Assembly: GCA_973895155.1 (NCBI GenBank)
Contig: OZ316899.1
Span: 9,608,287-9,672,286, forward strand
DNA: 64,000 nucleotides
Source of the DNA: Marsupella aquatica
Taxonomy: Eukaryota; Plantae; Marchantiophyta
Direction of reading: 5' to 3'
Shown here: piece after piece, positions 1 to 11,315 of the stretch
Numbering within the stretch: position 1 is the stretch's first letter
Layout: every line of letters begins with the position of its first letter
The notes under the pieces: generated by a model
What the model was told of the DNA's origin: nothing
The model's input: only the letters and a program-made list of their open reading frames with translations
The model's database searches: none
Position numbers and translations under genes: made by a program

Positions 1-3000
1 GTCTTTCTGAGTCTCATCCTCCTCTAAGTTTGCAGCCTCCAATTGGTCCTCCAGCTCCTTTATCTTGAGCTTCAACAATGCTAGGTGTTTAGCTTTCACC
101 CTCTGGTCATGAGTCCCCTTCTTGATCTCAACTTGGGTAGCACCCTTGCTGGTCTGATCAGCCTCCTGAGCCACTATGATAGTGCCTTCTTTGTTGTTCT
201 TCTTGGATGAGGTGGCAGCCGGCTTCACCTCCTCAAGACTGGTCACCTCACTGATACTGGGCAGAGGTGAATGGCTGGTAAGAGCCGCCTGCTCTAGCTC
301 CTCTCCAAACACTTCTTCTTTGGTCCATTGGCTCACCATGTTCAACATGTATACCTCATCCTCATCAGATTCAGATTTGGTACTCAATTCATCGGAAAGC
401 TCAGAATCATATTCATCCAACTCATCAGTAGTCTCTTCTTGATGCTTGTCATGACCCCATGAAACTGAAGTGGCAGGTTTGCCAAATCTAAACTCCTTCT
501 TGCCCCAATCAGTTACCACTTGGGCTCCATACAACCAAGGCCTTCCAATCAAGATTGGGTAAGTAGATGGCCTTGCTGGTCTCATCACCAAGTAATTCAA
601 CAAGAACTCCTGCCCCCCAATGAGAGTAGGTACTTGAGTGAGAGTCCCCACAGGTAGCACTCTTGCTCCATTTGCTAGCCTCATTGTCCTTGCTGTTGAC
701 TGAAGTTTCTTGAAACCTAGTTGTTGGGCAGTAGCCTCAATCATGATATTCACACCTGAGCCTCCATCAACTGGTACATACGAGAGTACACACCCATTCA
801 CTTGAACATCAATCTCAGGTGCTCCAAGGTCTTCACAAACCATCATCACATCAGCTGGGGTCCCAACCTTTGGAAGCTTCCTCCTTCTCCTTCCTACCAA
901 CATCTCCTTCAGTTGCCTCCTATACAAAGGGTTGTCTTTGATCAGCTGCCCCACTGTAGCAGTAACCAAACAATCTTTCACATCCTTCTTGATGTCATAA
1001 GAGGGTACCTTGTTGGTCTCCTTCTTCTCCTCCACCTCAGCTTCTTCCTTCAAAGCTTTAGCAACCTTCAGGTCTTTGTTGATGGCCTCTTGATGCACCT
1101 TAGCCTCCATCTCCTCCAGTTGTGTCTTGACTTCCTCATTCACCTTGGGATAGAAGAGCTTTGGATGGTCCCTCTTGTAGTCACTATCTTCAGCGGGTGG
1201 GACTTGAACTTCTGCTCCAATTTCAACTTTGGTTGGTGACTCTGATGAGTGCTCCTGTCTCTCCTTCCTCTTCTTCCTCTCTTCTACTCTTTCCTTCTTT
1301 CTTGTGGACCTGGTAGACACCTTGTAACACACAGCTTCCTCCTCAGGTGTCTCCATTCCTGGTAAATCTGGCTGGTACTCCCCACCAGCAACTTGTGTCA
1401 CTCCATCTTTGGTCTCCTCTTGCCATTCCATACTCAATAAGTTCACTGTGGCTTCACTAGGAACTTTGGCAACCACTGGTTGAGGAGCTTCCACCCTTCC
1501 TACCATCATCTTGCCAGCCAATCCAATAGGACAGTTGGTTGTGGTATGACCCTCTCTTTTGCAAACAGCACAAAGATGATAGGGAGCTCCTTGTCCTTGT
1601 CTCCTTGGTTCAGGGCAACTAGTGGAATAGTGCCCTAGTTTTTGACAATTCCAGCAGATCACCACGGTAGTTCTTGCCACTCCCCCAGGTCCTTGAGGTC
1701 CTATTTGATCCACCATTCTTGGTTGAAGACCAGGCATAAGTTGAGGTGCCATGGGTGGAGCTGGTCTTCCTTGCAAAGTTCTTGGGCCTCCCGAAATCTG
1801 GTACACCATCTCTGGGGCTTCTTCATAGAAGTAGTCCACTTCGCTTGCTTGATAAACTTCACTGGGCTCTTCATTGACATACTGAACTTGATTCCTCCAA
1901 CCCTGGCACTCCTGAGGTGTATGGCCAAAACTTTTGCACTTGACACACCATACATGGGCTCTATTCACCGGCACCTTTCTCCTATCAGGTTGCATACCAG
2001 CAAAATGAACTGATAGGGCCTTGAGTTGGTTGGTGATCTCACTCATCTTGTTGTCCATCAACTTCTTCTCCTTGCTTGCTGGTGTAGAACCTTCCACCAA
2101 GTTGAAGGTTGCAGATTTGTGGTGCTTACCACCTGGCTTCTTCTTGCTGGCTCTCCTCTTTTGGTCGCTTTTTTTCTTTGCCTTTTTCTTTTTCTTTTTC
2201 TTCTTCTTCTTCTTTTCAGAGTCCTCCTCAGAATCAGCTTCTGATTCTAAATTGGAAGTACTCTCCTCAGATTCTGAATCAGAAGTATCTTCAACTGAAC
2301 TACTTGAGTCACTTGAGCTAGAAGAAGAATCATTATGGGCAAATCGCTTCTTCTTTCTCCTACTCTTGGAACTTGAGATCTCAGCACTCCTATAAGACTG
2401 AGATGCCTCAATGGCCTCCTCCAAAGTATTAGGGTGGGCTTGCCTTACTGAGACACCCATCTTCTTGGGTAGGCTTGCCACAAACCATGCCAACAACATG
2501 GAGTCTACTGGTCTAGGGTCAAGCTTGGTAGCTAACCTTTGAAACCTTTGTAGAAACCTCCTTACTGACTCCTTGGATCCCATTCTGATCTCTCCCATCT
2601 TGATCAAAGCTTCTGATTCTTCTCCCACCTTCCTAAACTCCTGCAAGAAGGCTAGCTTGAAGGCATCCCAATCATTCTTGGTGGCATTTGATAGGTTGTT
2701 GAACCAAGGTCTTGCTTCTCCTCTCAAGACACCCGCCAAAGTGGTCAACTTAATATCAAACTCTCCATTGGCTTGGGCTGTCCCAATGAAGTCCTCCAAC
2801 CAAGCATCAGGATCCTCCTTGGGCTTGCCATGGAATGTCTTGTACTGAAATCTTGCTCTTTGAGTCACTACCATGGCTGCTTCTTGCTCTTCACTTGTGT
2901 TGGAAGTGGAAGAGGATGTATCACTCCACCCTACACTGGGTTCCGCTTCAGCTTGCAAATGAATGTCCACCCAATCTGGTTGCTCCAACTGGTCCCCAAA

Positions 3001-3051
3001 GTTAGAACTAAGAGAGGTTTCTCTTAGTGCTTGACTCCTTGTAGTGGGCAT
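1..3051 (-). CDS. gag-pol: Ty3/Gypsy gag-protease polyprotein, 5' part (runs off the left edge), family G1
   Basis: Manual translation from ATG 3051: MPTTRSQALRE..., gag core FHGKPKEDPDAWLEDF...LRGEARPWF, a Ser/Lys-rich tract, three CCHC knuckles (CVKCKSFGHTPQEC, CWNCQKLGHYSTSC, CAVCKREGHTTTNC) and the aspartic protease motif VPVDGGSGVNIM near 745-780 in the same frame. It is missing from the ORF track, consistent with having no stop codon inside the window. Confidence 0.9.
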   Translation of the reverse strand, partial: MPTTRSQALRETSLSSNFGDQLEQPDWVDIHLQAEAEPSVGWSDTSSSTSNTSEEQEAAMVVTQRARFQYKTFHGKPKEDPDAWLEDFIGTAQANGEFDIKLTTLAGVLRGEARPWFNNLSNATKNDWDAFKLAFLQEFRKVGEESEALIKMGEIRMGSKESVRRFLQRFQRLATKLDPRPVDSMLLAWFVASLPKKMGVSVRQAHPNTLEEAIEASQSYRSAEISSSKSRRKKKRFAHNDSSSSSSDSSSSVEDTSDSESEESTSNLESEADSEEDSEKKKKKKKKKKKAKKKSDQKRRASKKKPGGKHHKSATFNLVEGSTPASKEKKLMDNKMSEITNQLKALSVHFAGMQPDRRKVPVNRAHVWCVKCKSFGHTPQECQGWRNQVQYVNEEPSEVYQASEVDYFYEEAPEMVYQISGGPRTLQGRPAPPMAPQLMPGLQPRMVDQIGPQGPGGVARTTVVICWNCQKLGHYSTSCPEPRRQGQGAPYHLCAVCKREGHTTTNCPIGLAGKMMVGRVEAPQPVVAKVPSEATVNLLSMEWQEETKDGVTQVAGGEYQPDLPGMETPEEEAVCYKVSTRSTRKKERVEERKKRKERQEHSSESPTKVEIGAEVQVPPAEDSDYKRDHPKLFYPKVNEEVKTQLEEMEAKVHQEAINKDLKVAKALKEEAEVEEKKETNKVPSYDIKKDVKDCLVTATVGQLIKDNPLYRRQLKEMLVGRRRRKLPKVGTPADVMMVCEDLGAPEIDVQVNGCVLSYVPVDGGSGVNIMIEATAQQLGFKKLQSTARTMRLANGARVLPVGTLTQVPTLIGGQEFLLNYLVMRPARPSTYPILIGRPWLYGAQVVTDWGKKEFRFGKPATSVSWGHDKHQEETTDELDEYDSELSDELSTKSESDEDEVYMLNMVSQWTKEEVFGEELEQAALTSHSPLPSISEVTSLEEVKPAATSSKKNNKEGTIIVAQEADQTSKGATQVEIKKGTHDQRVKAKHLALLKLKIKELEDQLEAANLEEDETQKD

Positions 3052-3159
3052 GCCACTCACAATCACCTTTTTATATCTCCCTCCTCTTGAACAACCAACC
3101 TGCAAACACACCTCCAAGTCTTGTGGCTCCACTCCCACAACAAAAATTGCAAGGAGTTG

Positions 3160-3177
3160 TCCCCGACAGCGGCGCCA
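3160..3177 (-). promoter_or_regulatory. Primer binding site of element G1
   Basis: Minus strand TGGCGCCGCTGTCGGGGA, resembling the Athila-type PBS; lies 20 nt inside the LTR end at 3198. Confidence 0.85.
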
Positions 3178-3754
3178 AAAACAAGGGTGAGACTCTATGT
3201 CAAACACTTGTCAAGGAACTTAAGCGGCTTTTCTCCCCAAAGGACTACCTAATACCTGCTCCATATCATACTAGGGTCACAAAGGATTGACAAAATTTCT
3301 GAAATGTGCCTACAATGTCTAATCACTCCATACATAAGTAGTTTCAACTCTCCACTTCTAGAGAGGTAGTCCCCTTGACTACTTTTGTACTCACACCCTT
3401 CCCCTCTCCTCTACTCCAAGGATCAGCAAGGGGGATCTCCGCTCCAAGCTATCAGCTTAGAGTAGATTCTCACACAAACACCCAAGAACCAAAGTACTTT
3501 CCTTTTCAAGCTTAAGTCTCCTCAAGACCCTCAAAGTAGTGTTAGCCCTCAACCTTGCCCCCTGGCCTTGGTTTGGGTCCACGCATCCCCTTTGAGCTCT
3601 AGAGAAGGCTGCTCTATCTAAGGACTCTTCCTCTTGTTCTTACTTCTTGTTAACACTACACACCAAGCAAAATACTTTCCACCCTCAAGCTATAATCCTT
3701 TCTAAGTCTCAAAGTAGTGCTCTACCTTAACCTTGCCTCCTTGGCCTTGGTTTT

Positions 3755-6700
3755 TGTGGTGCGTCTCATGGCTCCCCAAACCCAAGAAAACCCCCTTGCT
3801 CAAGCCGATTCCCGCAGGTTTTGTCCTCGGCAAGGCCATTTCCGCGGCTTAGCGGCATGGGATGCTGCTAATTCTCCTTCTACTACTAATAACATTTTAT
3901 ACACATATACTGGACAGATCCTTCATTGGGTCATGAGATACTTAGCCGGCCTATTCTAGGCCTTCCCTTGTATTCCTCTCCTGGTCTTCCATTAGGTATG
4001 TTTGGATTCCGCCGCCGGAATGATCCCCAATTGGCTTGGTTAAGCCGCTAAGACCTCTCTCAGCTCGACACATCCAACTCTCACTCCCTTGCTACTTCCC
4101 TTCATTGATGTGGGCACTCTTCACACAAGTTAATGCGACACACAAATAGCAAAATGACTCCTTCTGACTGAGTTATACCATGCACTTGCCATACAAACAG
4201 TACATCTCATACACAAGCTCTACAAACTAAGTCATGAGGCCAACTCTATTCAGTTCTTAGGCATGAGGAAACATGAATATACACAAAGGTCACTGTATAA
4301 CTAACCGAGAGCTTCTCTTACTACTTGATCCCAGCCCTGCTGGTGCAACTAAAAACTTGCTAAAGAAGAGGCCCTGGACTCCCCGCTGCCCAGGTATTTA
4401 TCCTGGCAGCGGATCTGTCCAGAACTTCGCTGCGTAAGCTTAATCTATCCTACCTGTAATCTACCTAACTGTACAGCAATGCAGGAGCACAAGTGTTGCT
4501 CCTACCAGTGGATCCGCCATCCACTAATCTAAGTGTTAGGGCCGTCTTCTGGTCTTGATCCTAATCCTAAACTTGGAGATCTGAGCCTGCCCTGCCCACT
4601 CACGCCTCCTACCTCCACGTCCGCCCTTCCTTAAAGAAACGACGCCCTTGCACCGTCACGACACCGGTGGCGGATCCTCAATGGACGCCCCCAACGCTTC
4701 CCCCGCAGCCACTGTCGTCGGTCCATCCTCTGACAGATTACCTGCCCCGGACTGAGTCAACTCTTCATCGGCTTGACTGGGTCCACCGTCGGCTTCAGCC
4801 TCAGCATCGGTCACGGCCTTTGATACGGCTTCGGCCTCCCCGTCATGTTCTAATGGAGGATCCGGTACCTCGGCTTCATCAATAGTTGTCCCGGCCTCGG
4901 CCTTGCCATCCCCACCTTCTTCAACAGGTGGATCTACTGTCGTGACCATGTTGGAGGTTGGTGCCGGGTTGACCTCCAGGGTCACAACGGCTTGGTAAGC
5001 CGTATAACTCCCAGGCCTAGAAGGTTTCCGCTTCTTCTTCTTCCCTGTTTTGGTAGCTGGTCCCTTCCCCTTGCTACCTACCTCCAGCACCGGGGCGTGT
5101 GTCTCGGCTTGTCTTTCGGCCAGTACCCCTCCTGGTAACGGAGTTCCCACAATTGGAGTTGGACCAGATGAAGCTAAGCACTTAAATACTGCGGCCTGTT
5201 TCTTTAGCCGCTCCGTTTGGTTGTCGGCCAGCCGCTATAAGTTCTCCATCTTCCTGGTGGTTTCCTCCAACTCCTCCTGGGCTTCCTCCAGGTCCTTCTG
5301 TCCCTCCTGTAGCTCCTTTCTGGCTTCCTCCAATTCCAATTTTAAGGTAGCCCTCTCCTTCTGGGTTGCTCTTAGCTCCTTGTCGAGCTCCGCTACGACC
5401 TCAAACTCCATCTTATTCATCTTGGCATAAGTCTGGTCGAGCTGGTCGTCCTTCTCACGCAGGTCGGCCTTGAAGCTGGCCGTTAGGGATGCAAGCTCCT
5501 GCTGCAACGCAATAATCCCTTGATAGGATTTTCCTAACTCGGCCTCCTTCTGCTCAAGGGCTCCGCGGATATCCTCGAGCTCTCCTTTCAACGCCCTCTC
5601 CTTTCTCTGAGTCTCCGCCATGGCTCGGTTGTTGGCGGTTATGTGGGCCTCCTCTGCGTCCCTCAACTCCTGCTTCCACTTTTCCCTGTCCTTGACCGCG
5701 CTAGCCAACTCTCCTTGAGTTCGAGTCAGTTTATCTTTGATAATTTGATTGCCAGACTGAGCGGCATCCAATTGTCCTTGCATGATGTTTAGCTCATGCC
5801 GCTTAATCCGCAGCTCATCTTGGGCTTTCTTGGCCGCCTGCAGGTCTTCCACCTCGGCTTCCATCTCCCTAAGCCGCCGGATGACCTCGTCCTTCTTGCT
5901 TCTCTCCAAAGCCACCGCTTCTTCTGATTGGTGCTTCTCCAACATCTCCCTCTGGAAAAAAGGTCCCTGCTCCAACTCCTCCCCAAATATGCTGAGCGCC
6001 AGGTCCCCACACATCTCCCCATACTCCATGGCTCTATCTTTAGCATAGGTGGAGTAAGTAGAAGTCATCGGCATCAACCACCTCGGCCTCTGTTCCCAAG
6101 CCGCCTTGCGGATTTCTTCTACGGTGGCAAGAGGGTTGCTTCTTTTTTCGGCAAGTCGCCTGATGTCCTCCGGCCAATCTCCTCCTGGTAAATCTTTCTC
6201 CCTTGCCAGGGCTGCTTTCTCTTCCTCCCTAAGTTGCTCCTGAAAATCTTGTGCCGTCTGCTTTATGCCGTCAAAGCTCCGGGGAGCAACCTCTGGTGGG
6301 GGAGACTCAGGGCTACTCTGCTGGGTGGGGTCCCCTCAAACTACTCTTGGAAGCGTGGGGATAAACCGGCCACAGGTCCTTACTCCTGGAACATGATGAT
6401 CCGACCCATAGCCGGAGTTATCATTGCTGTAATCCTCCATCGCCTCCTCCACTGCTTGGACTCCCGGCTTCCCCCTCTGTTCCCCTGGTCCTGCCGTGAA
6501 AACGGCCTCACAAATCACGGGCTCTTGTTCCTCCTCTGGTTTCCAGGCTGTCCTCTCCCTCTGCTCTCCGCGGGAAGGAGCCTTAGGCTGCTCTGCCTCC
6601 AATTCGGGGCTTGAGCTCCCACATACATTTGAACTCTCGGCTTGTGTTCCGGCCTCCTTCTCTCGTTGGCTCCGGTAAAGGGGTTTTCCCTCCTGAGTTG

Positions 6701-8470
6701 GCTTAAGCTGGCCTCTGGGGCAGTGTCCTATACCGGTGCTGTTGCCGTTGTCGGTGCCGTTCTCTCCTTCTCCAGCAATTTCAGCAGATTCTGCATGCCT
6801 GATTGCTGCATCGGCAAGTCTTCTTTCCTTGGTCGAAACACCTGCTCGATCGTAGGACTGGCAGGCTGGTTGGGCTCTTCTGTTGCCGGCCTCTGCTCCG
6901 GAACCTCCTCCGGTGCCCTTGCCGATAGGGGAAGTACTGGGGCAAAGATTTGACTTCTGGCATACCGGCACAACAGCGGCATGTGATAGCCAAGCCGGGA
7001 CACGCTTCCCACGCCGATCACCTGCTGTTCCTCCTTCAAGATCTTCTTCAGTTGGTTGAGGAGGTACCCATTGTAATCCCGGCTTGGGTCTGGCCTTTCT
7101 GCTAGGTAGACCTGAGCCTTGCCGATCTCTGCCCTCGGCAAGTTACAATGCATGGTCACTCGCAAGAAATTGATCATCTCTCCGATGTGCGGGTTGGTGC
7201 AAGTGTTCCGGAAGAAGCCATTCTTTGTTGATGGTCCTGGGAACGACCGGAACTCCTTGTCAGGTAAGGTCTTCCTGGTATCAACCTTGGTCTTATTACC
7301 CATTGGCAAGCCAAACACCTCGGCAATCACCCGGGGAGTGAGATAGAAATCCTTCCCATACACCCTCGTGGAATTGGTCTCGGGTTCCCATGATCCCACG
7401 AATTCTAATAAGTCTGAGTCTGGCACCTCCGGCTTCAGCCATGGTAATCTTACGAAGGCTTCCAAGCCGGATCCGGCCATGAAGCCCTGGTACTTCTTGG
7501 TTTGCATGGCCGTAAAGCATGCATCCTCCTCCCGTGCAAATTGTAATTGCACTTCCTCTGGTAGGGTCGCCGCCCAGCCTTTCCAGGTGTCATCCTTTGT
7601 TAGAATGACATTGATGGGATCGACCTCCTCCTCTTCGGCTTCTCCCTGCCTCCTGTTCTGCTGCTCTACTGGCTTCCTTGGTGCCGCCGACCTCGTTCTT
7701 TTTGCCACGGTGGCCTCTTCGTTGTTGTTTCCTTTCCTCTTCATCTCGGCTGTCGTGGATGTTTCTCCTAGCACAGTTGCCTTTGTCCACCCCTCTACCC
7801 TTCAACTCCCAGTGCACGTCGTTGCAACGGTTGATGGCTTCCCGAATGCCGACGATTCTGTCTTCGCAAAACAGAAGGTCATCGAGCTGATTGGCAGTAG
7901 GAGTCCACAAGAACTCGGCCTTGATGAGTTCTCCTCCTAAGAAGGCAGACTTCTGCAGCTCCCACAGTCGAGCGAGCTCCTGCCGTTCTCGAGCTGCTCT
8001 CTTTGATTCTTCGTTCTCGTAAGTCCTAATGTACTCAGTTGCCCATTCGAACAGGCATCCCCAAAAATGTGCCGCTTGATTGACGTTGCTCATACCCTCC
8101 TTGACTCGATCGTTGGTATCTGCTCCCACCCAGAGTGCTTGCCTAAGCAGCTGACAGTAGGTGGCCTTCCGTAGTCGTCTGCCCAGTTCGTGCTTGCAAT
8201 TGAGCCACCATTCCTCGCGAGCGTTCCTTACCCCTCTCCTCCTCTGGTCTTTCCTCCCGTTGGTTACCCCTAGCCGCCGATGCTTAGCGCGCCCTAACCC
8301 TAATCGTGTTCTCTCCCCAGGCGTCTTTACCTCCGGCCTCGGCCCGGGTTCCATAGTCACCCTTAATTGTTTATATTTTCCTTATTTTTGTTACTATACT
8401 AATGTGTTTATAGGGTACACCTCCGTTTTCCCCACTTAACTGGCCTAGTGATTCCTGGCTAGGCATCACA
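3755..8470 (-). mobile_element. 4716-bp solo LTR (family G2) carrying an internal gene
   Basis: Termini TGTGGTGC...GCATCACA (inverted, 1 mismatch), 5-bp TSD GTTTT (3750-3754 / 8471-8475), no gag/pol inside. The empty site is visible in the LTR copy near 10441-10460. Confidence 0.85.
4656..8093 (-). pseudogene. LTR-embedded gene of about 1145 codons: N-terminal domain + PMD/Transposase_32-like domain + coiled coil + acidic tail; disrupted
   Basis: ORF pieces 7590-8360, 6728-7774, 6336-6971, 5235-6077 and 4656-5150 join through two frameshifts and in-frame stops at 6336 and 5235. Likely start is MSNVNQAAHFW (8093). The core GLEAFVRLPW...DLLEFVGSW...IAEVFGLPMG aligns by eye with the LTR ORFs at 32496 and 42640. 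Confidence 0.75.
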
Positions 8471-8572
8471 GTTTTGTACTAGCACATCCCCTTCAAGCTT
8501 AGACCAAGATTACATCATAGCATGGACTCTTCTCTTGCTCTCATATACTTTAAATGCACTCACACTTAATGG

Positions 8573-9478
8573 ACTCATGTATGATTTTTGGGGGCAGTCC
8601 AAAACAGCCCGGAAGTACTGTTTTCCCAACAAAAAAATCCAAAAAAATTTCTAAGTGTCAACCGCGTCGGCAGCGACCACGACTTAAGCACGAGGCCGGG
8701 ACGACTCAAGCATGAGGTCAGGAACACCATAAGGGTCAATACATGAGATGCTTGCTTCGAATTGGGATCAAGAGGCAGCTACGAAATTGAATTGAGCTGC
8801 TATAGCTTTAGGCATGGGATGCTGATCAGAATTGGCTGGTCGCCTTGATGCTGCTGATTGGAATCAAGCTGCGTGCTATGGAGAAATAGGCTGCTGCTGA
8901 TCAAGAGCTAGTTGGCTGGCTGTGAGCTATGGTGGGCTATGAAATTGAAGGGCTGGCAACTGATCAGACTTACTGCTGCACCAGAATTAGAAGGGCTAGC
9001 TTCAAGCACGAGATGTTGAGTGTTGGCTGATTAGTAAGTATGCTGCTAGCTCAATAGTGTTGTTGCTCTGCTAGCTACGAAGTTGAGAAGGGTGAGCTAT
9101 GGCCGGCTGCTGGAGAATAGAGCTAGGCTGCTAGCAAATTGATTGAATGTAGTAGCAAAAGGACCAGCTGCAAGGAAGAACAAGGGCTAGCTGCGAATTG
9201 GTGGGCTATGGCTGCTGCAAAATTTTGCTGCGATTTTGAATCACCTGCAAGGTTGGATGGCTATGGAGGTGGACTGAGAAGGCTGCTGCAAACTGGGCTG
9301 AGCTATCGATTGGCCTGCTGCCATTCAAATCCAACAGATCATGTTGCACTTTCAGATTGAATTCAAGAGAGAGGAAAATGACTGCGAAAATTGATGTCCT
9401 TATCAAATTCTTCATAAGAAACGTGAGTATAATGAGAGTACTCTCCCCTGATGACACCTGGAATCTCCATAAGGGGCG
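8573..9478 (+). repeat. Probable 3' internal region of a G1-type element with degenerate short tandem repeats, ending in a polypurine tract
   Basis: Recurrent GCTGCTGATCA / GAGCTATGG / GAAATTG motifs at about 8760-9320; AAGGGGCG (9471-9478) immediately precedes TGTAAAG. Confidence 0.45.
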
Positions 9479-11315
9479 TGTAAAGTAAGTGTAATTGGGT
9501 TGCCACTTACACCCGCTTTACACCAAAAATAGGCCTTGGGAGAATGGGCATAACTTTGGCTAGGGGTATCCGTTGGGGCCCAAATGTTTTTGTGCTGAGT
9601 TAGGGGAAGGTAAGGCACCCCTTGGTGAAGGTGGAAACCCAAAAAAAGAGTCTCAAATATATTTTTAGCCGAGGCCATGAGGGGGTCCCGATAGCTTGCA
9701 AACCAAAGTCGGCAAAGGGGAATGACTACCAGATTTAGGGGCTGACCTTTCTTGCACCCATACTACTTTAGTTAGGCTCTAGGGAAGGGTACTTACCTTT
9801 GTTCAAAGGTGTAAGGTCATTATGTTAAGAAAAGTAAGTATAGGGGGTAGTTTACTTAGGTACTAAAGGGGTTACAAGTAAAATAAGGCCATCTTTGAAT
9901 AGGCACAACTTGAGACTCACTCACTCTTTTTACAAGCTTTCAAGTGGGTTGGGAAGCTGGTGAGGAAGACCATAAGTGGGAGCAGGTTTGGAGGTCAAAG
10001 CATGCAACTCATGTGTGGCATGTTCTAGGGCTTGGAAGGAGTCCAAACAATAGGTTGTAGGGTGGGCTACGAGCTATAGAGTTGGACTTTGTGTGGTAGG
10101 AGGACTTGGGGGAGGAGGAATTGGACCCCAGGTCAAGCTTGGTGTGGTGTGAAAGGAGAATAATATATAAGGAGTAAGTTTTCATTTGTTAGGGACCAGG
10201 AGTCTCATCTCTTAAGTGAAATCTCTACCTTGCCAAGGTAGGGCTAAGCTTGAGAAGGGAGAGGTGGTCCATGCTTAGTGTGGAGAATGTGTAGTGAACT
10301 TTTGTTGTAAAGGTGATACAATAAAAGGAGACTTATCAATCTTCATTGTGACCATTAAGTGTGAGTGCATTTGAAGTATATGAGAGCAAGAGAAGAGTCC
10401 ATGCTATGATGTAATCTTGGTCTAAGCTTGAAGAGGATGTGCTAGTACAAAACCAAGGCCAAGGAGGCAAGGTTAAGGTAGAGCACTACTTTGAGACTTA
10501 GAAAGGATTATAGCTTGAGGGTGGAAAGTATTTTGCTTGGTGTGTGGTGTTAACAAGAAGTAAGAACAAGAGGAAGAGTCCTTAGATAGAGGAGCCTTCT
10601 CTAGAGCTCAAAGGGGATGTGTGGACCCAAACCAAGGCCAGGGGACAAGGTTGAGGGGTAACACTACTTTGAGGGTCTTGAGGAGACTTAAGCTTGAAGA
10701 GGAAAGTACTTTGGTTCTTGGGTGTTTGTGTGAGAATCTACTCTAAGCTGATAGGTTGGAGCGAAGATTCCCCTTGCTGATCCTTGGAGTAGAGGAGGAG
10801 GCTTTACACCGTGCCAGGAAACAGGAAAATGATTTCCTATTATGAGCAAAATTTTACTGTTATCAGCAAAAATGAGATATAAAAAATTTCTCATTAAAAC
10901 TCAAAATTTTCAAAATATTTTTAAAAATGATCATTTTTGGCTAGGGCCAAGCGCTACTATTACTAGCTTGGGGCGCTAGTAAAAAAATTCAAAAATTTAA
11001 ACCCAAAAAAAAAAAATTCAAAAAAATTTCAAAAAATTCTCATCCATTTTGCTGTTTATTGTTTGTTGTTTACTGTTTCCTGGCACAGTGGTTATACCCT
11101 AGAGGAGAGGGGAAGGGTGTGAGTACAAAAGTAGTCAAGGGGACTACCTCTCTAGAAGTGGAGAGTTAAAACTACTTATGTATGGAGTGATTAGACATTG
11201 TAGGCACATTTCAAAAGTTTTGTCAATCCTTTGTGACCCTGGTATGATATGGAGCAAGTATTAGGTAGTCTTTTGGGGAGAAAAGTCGCTTAAGCTCCTT
11301 AACAAGTGTTTGACA
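9479..11315 (+). mobile_element. LTR of family G1 in the opposite orientation (probable 3' LTR)
   Basis: 10351-11315 is a near-identical reverse complement of 3198-3754 + 8471-8572 and ends TTTGACA. The left boundary TGTAAAG after a purine tract is inferred and less certain. Confidence 0.75.
10798..11099. mobile_element. MITE-like non-autonomous DNA transposon, 302 bp
   Basis: Absent from the paralogous LTR (near 3405-3415); 8-bp TSD TAGAGGAG (10790-10797 / 11100-11107); subterminal inverted repeat CACnGTGCCAGGAAACAG; A/T-tract-rich interior. Confidence 0.85.

Larger units (their letters stand above)
3198..8572 (-). mobile_element. 5' LTR of G1, split into 3198-3754 and 8471-8572 by a solo LTR and truncated at about 8572
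   Basis: Both pieces match the reverse complement of the contiguous LTR copy at 10351-11315. The LTR ends ...TTTGACA next to the PBS spacer, and similarity stops at 8572. Confidence 0.85.

Noticed and set aside
2021-2395. Poly-Phe/Ser ORF resembling a membrane protein (similar case at 63435-63887)
   Set aside because: It is the antisense shadow of the Lys/Ser-rich tract of gag.
8094-8360. Arg-rich N-terminal extension of the 256-aa ORF
   Set aside because: Homologs begin at the position of MSNVNQ (8093), so the upstream part is probably untranslated leader.
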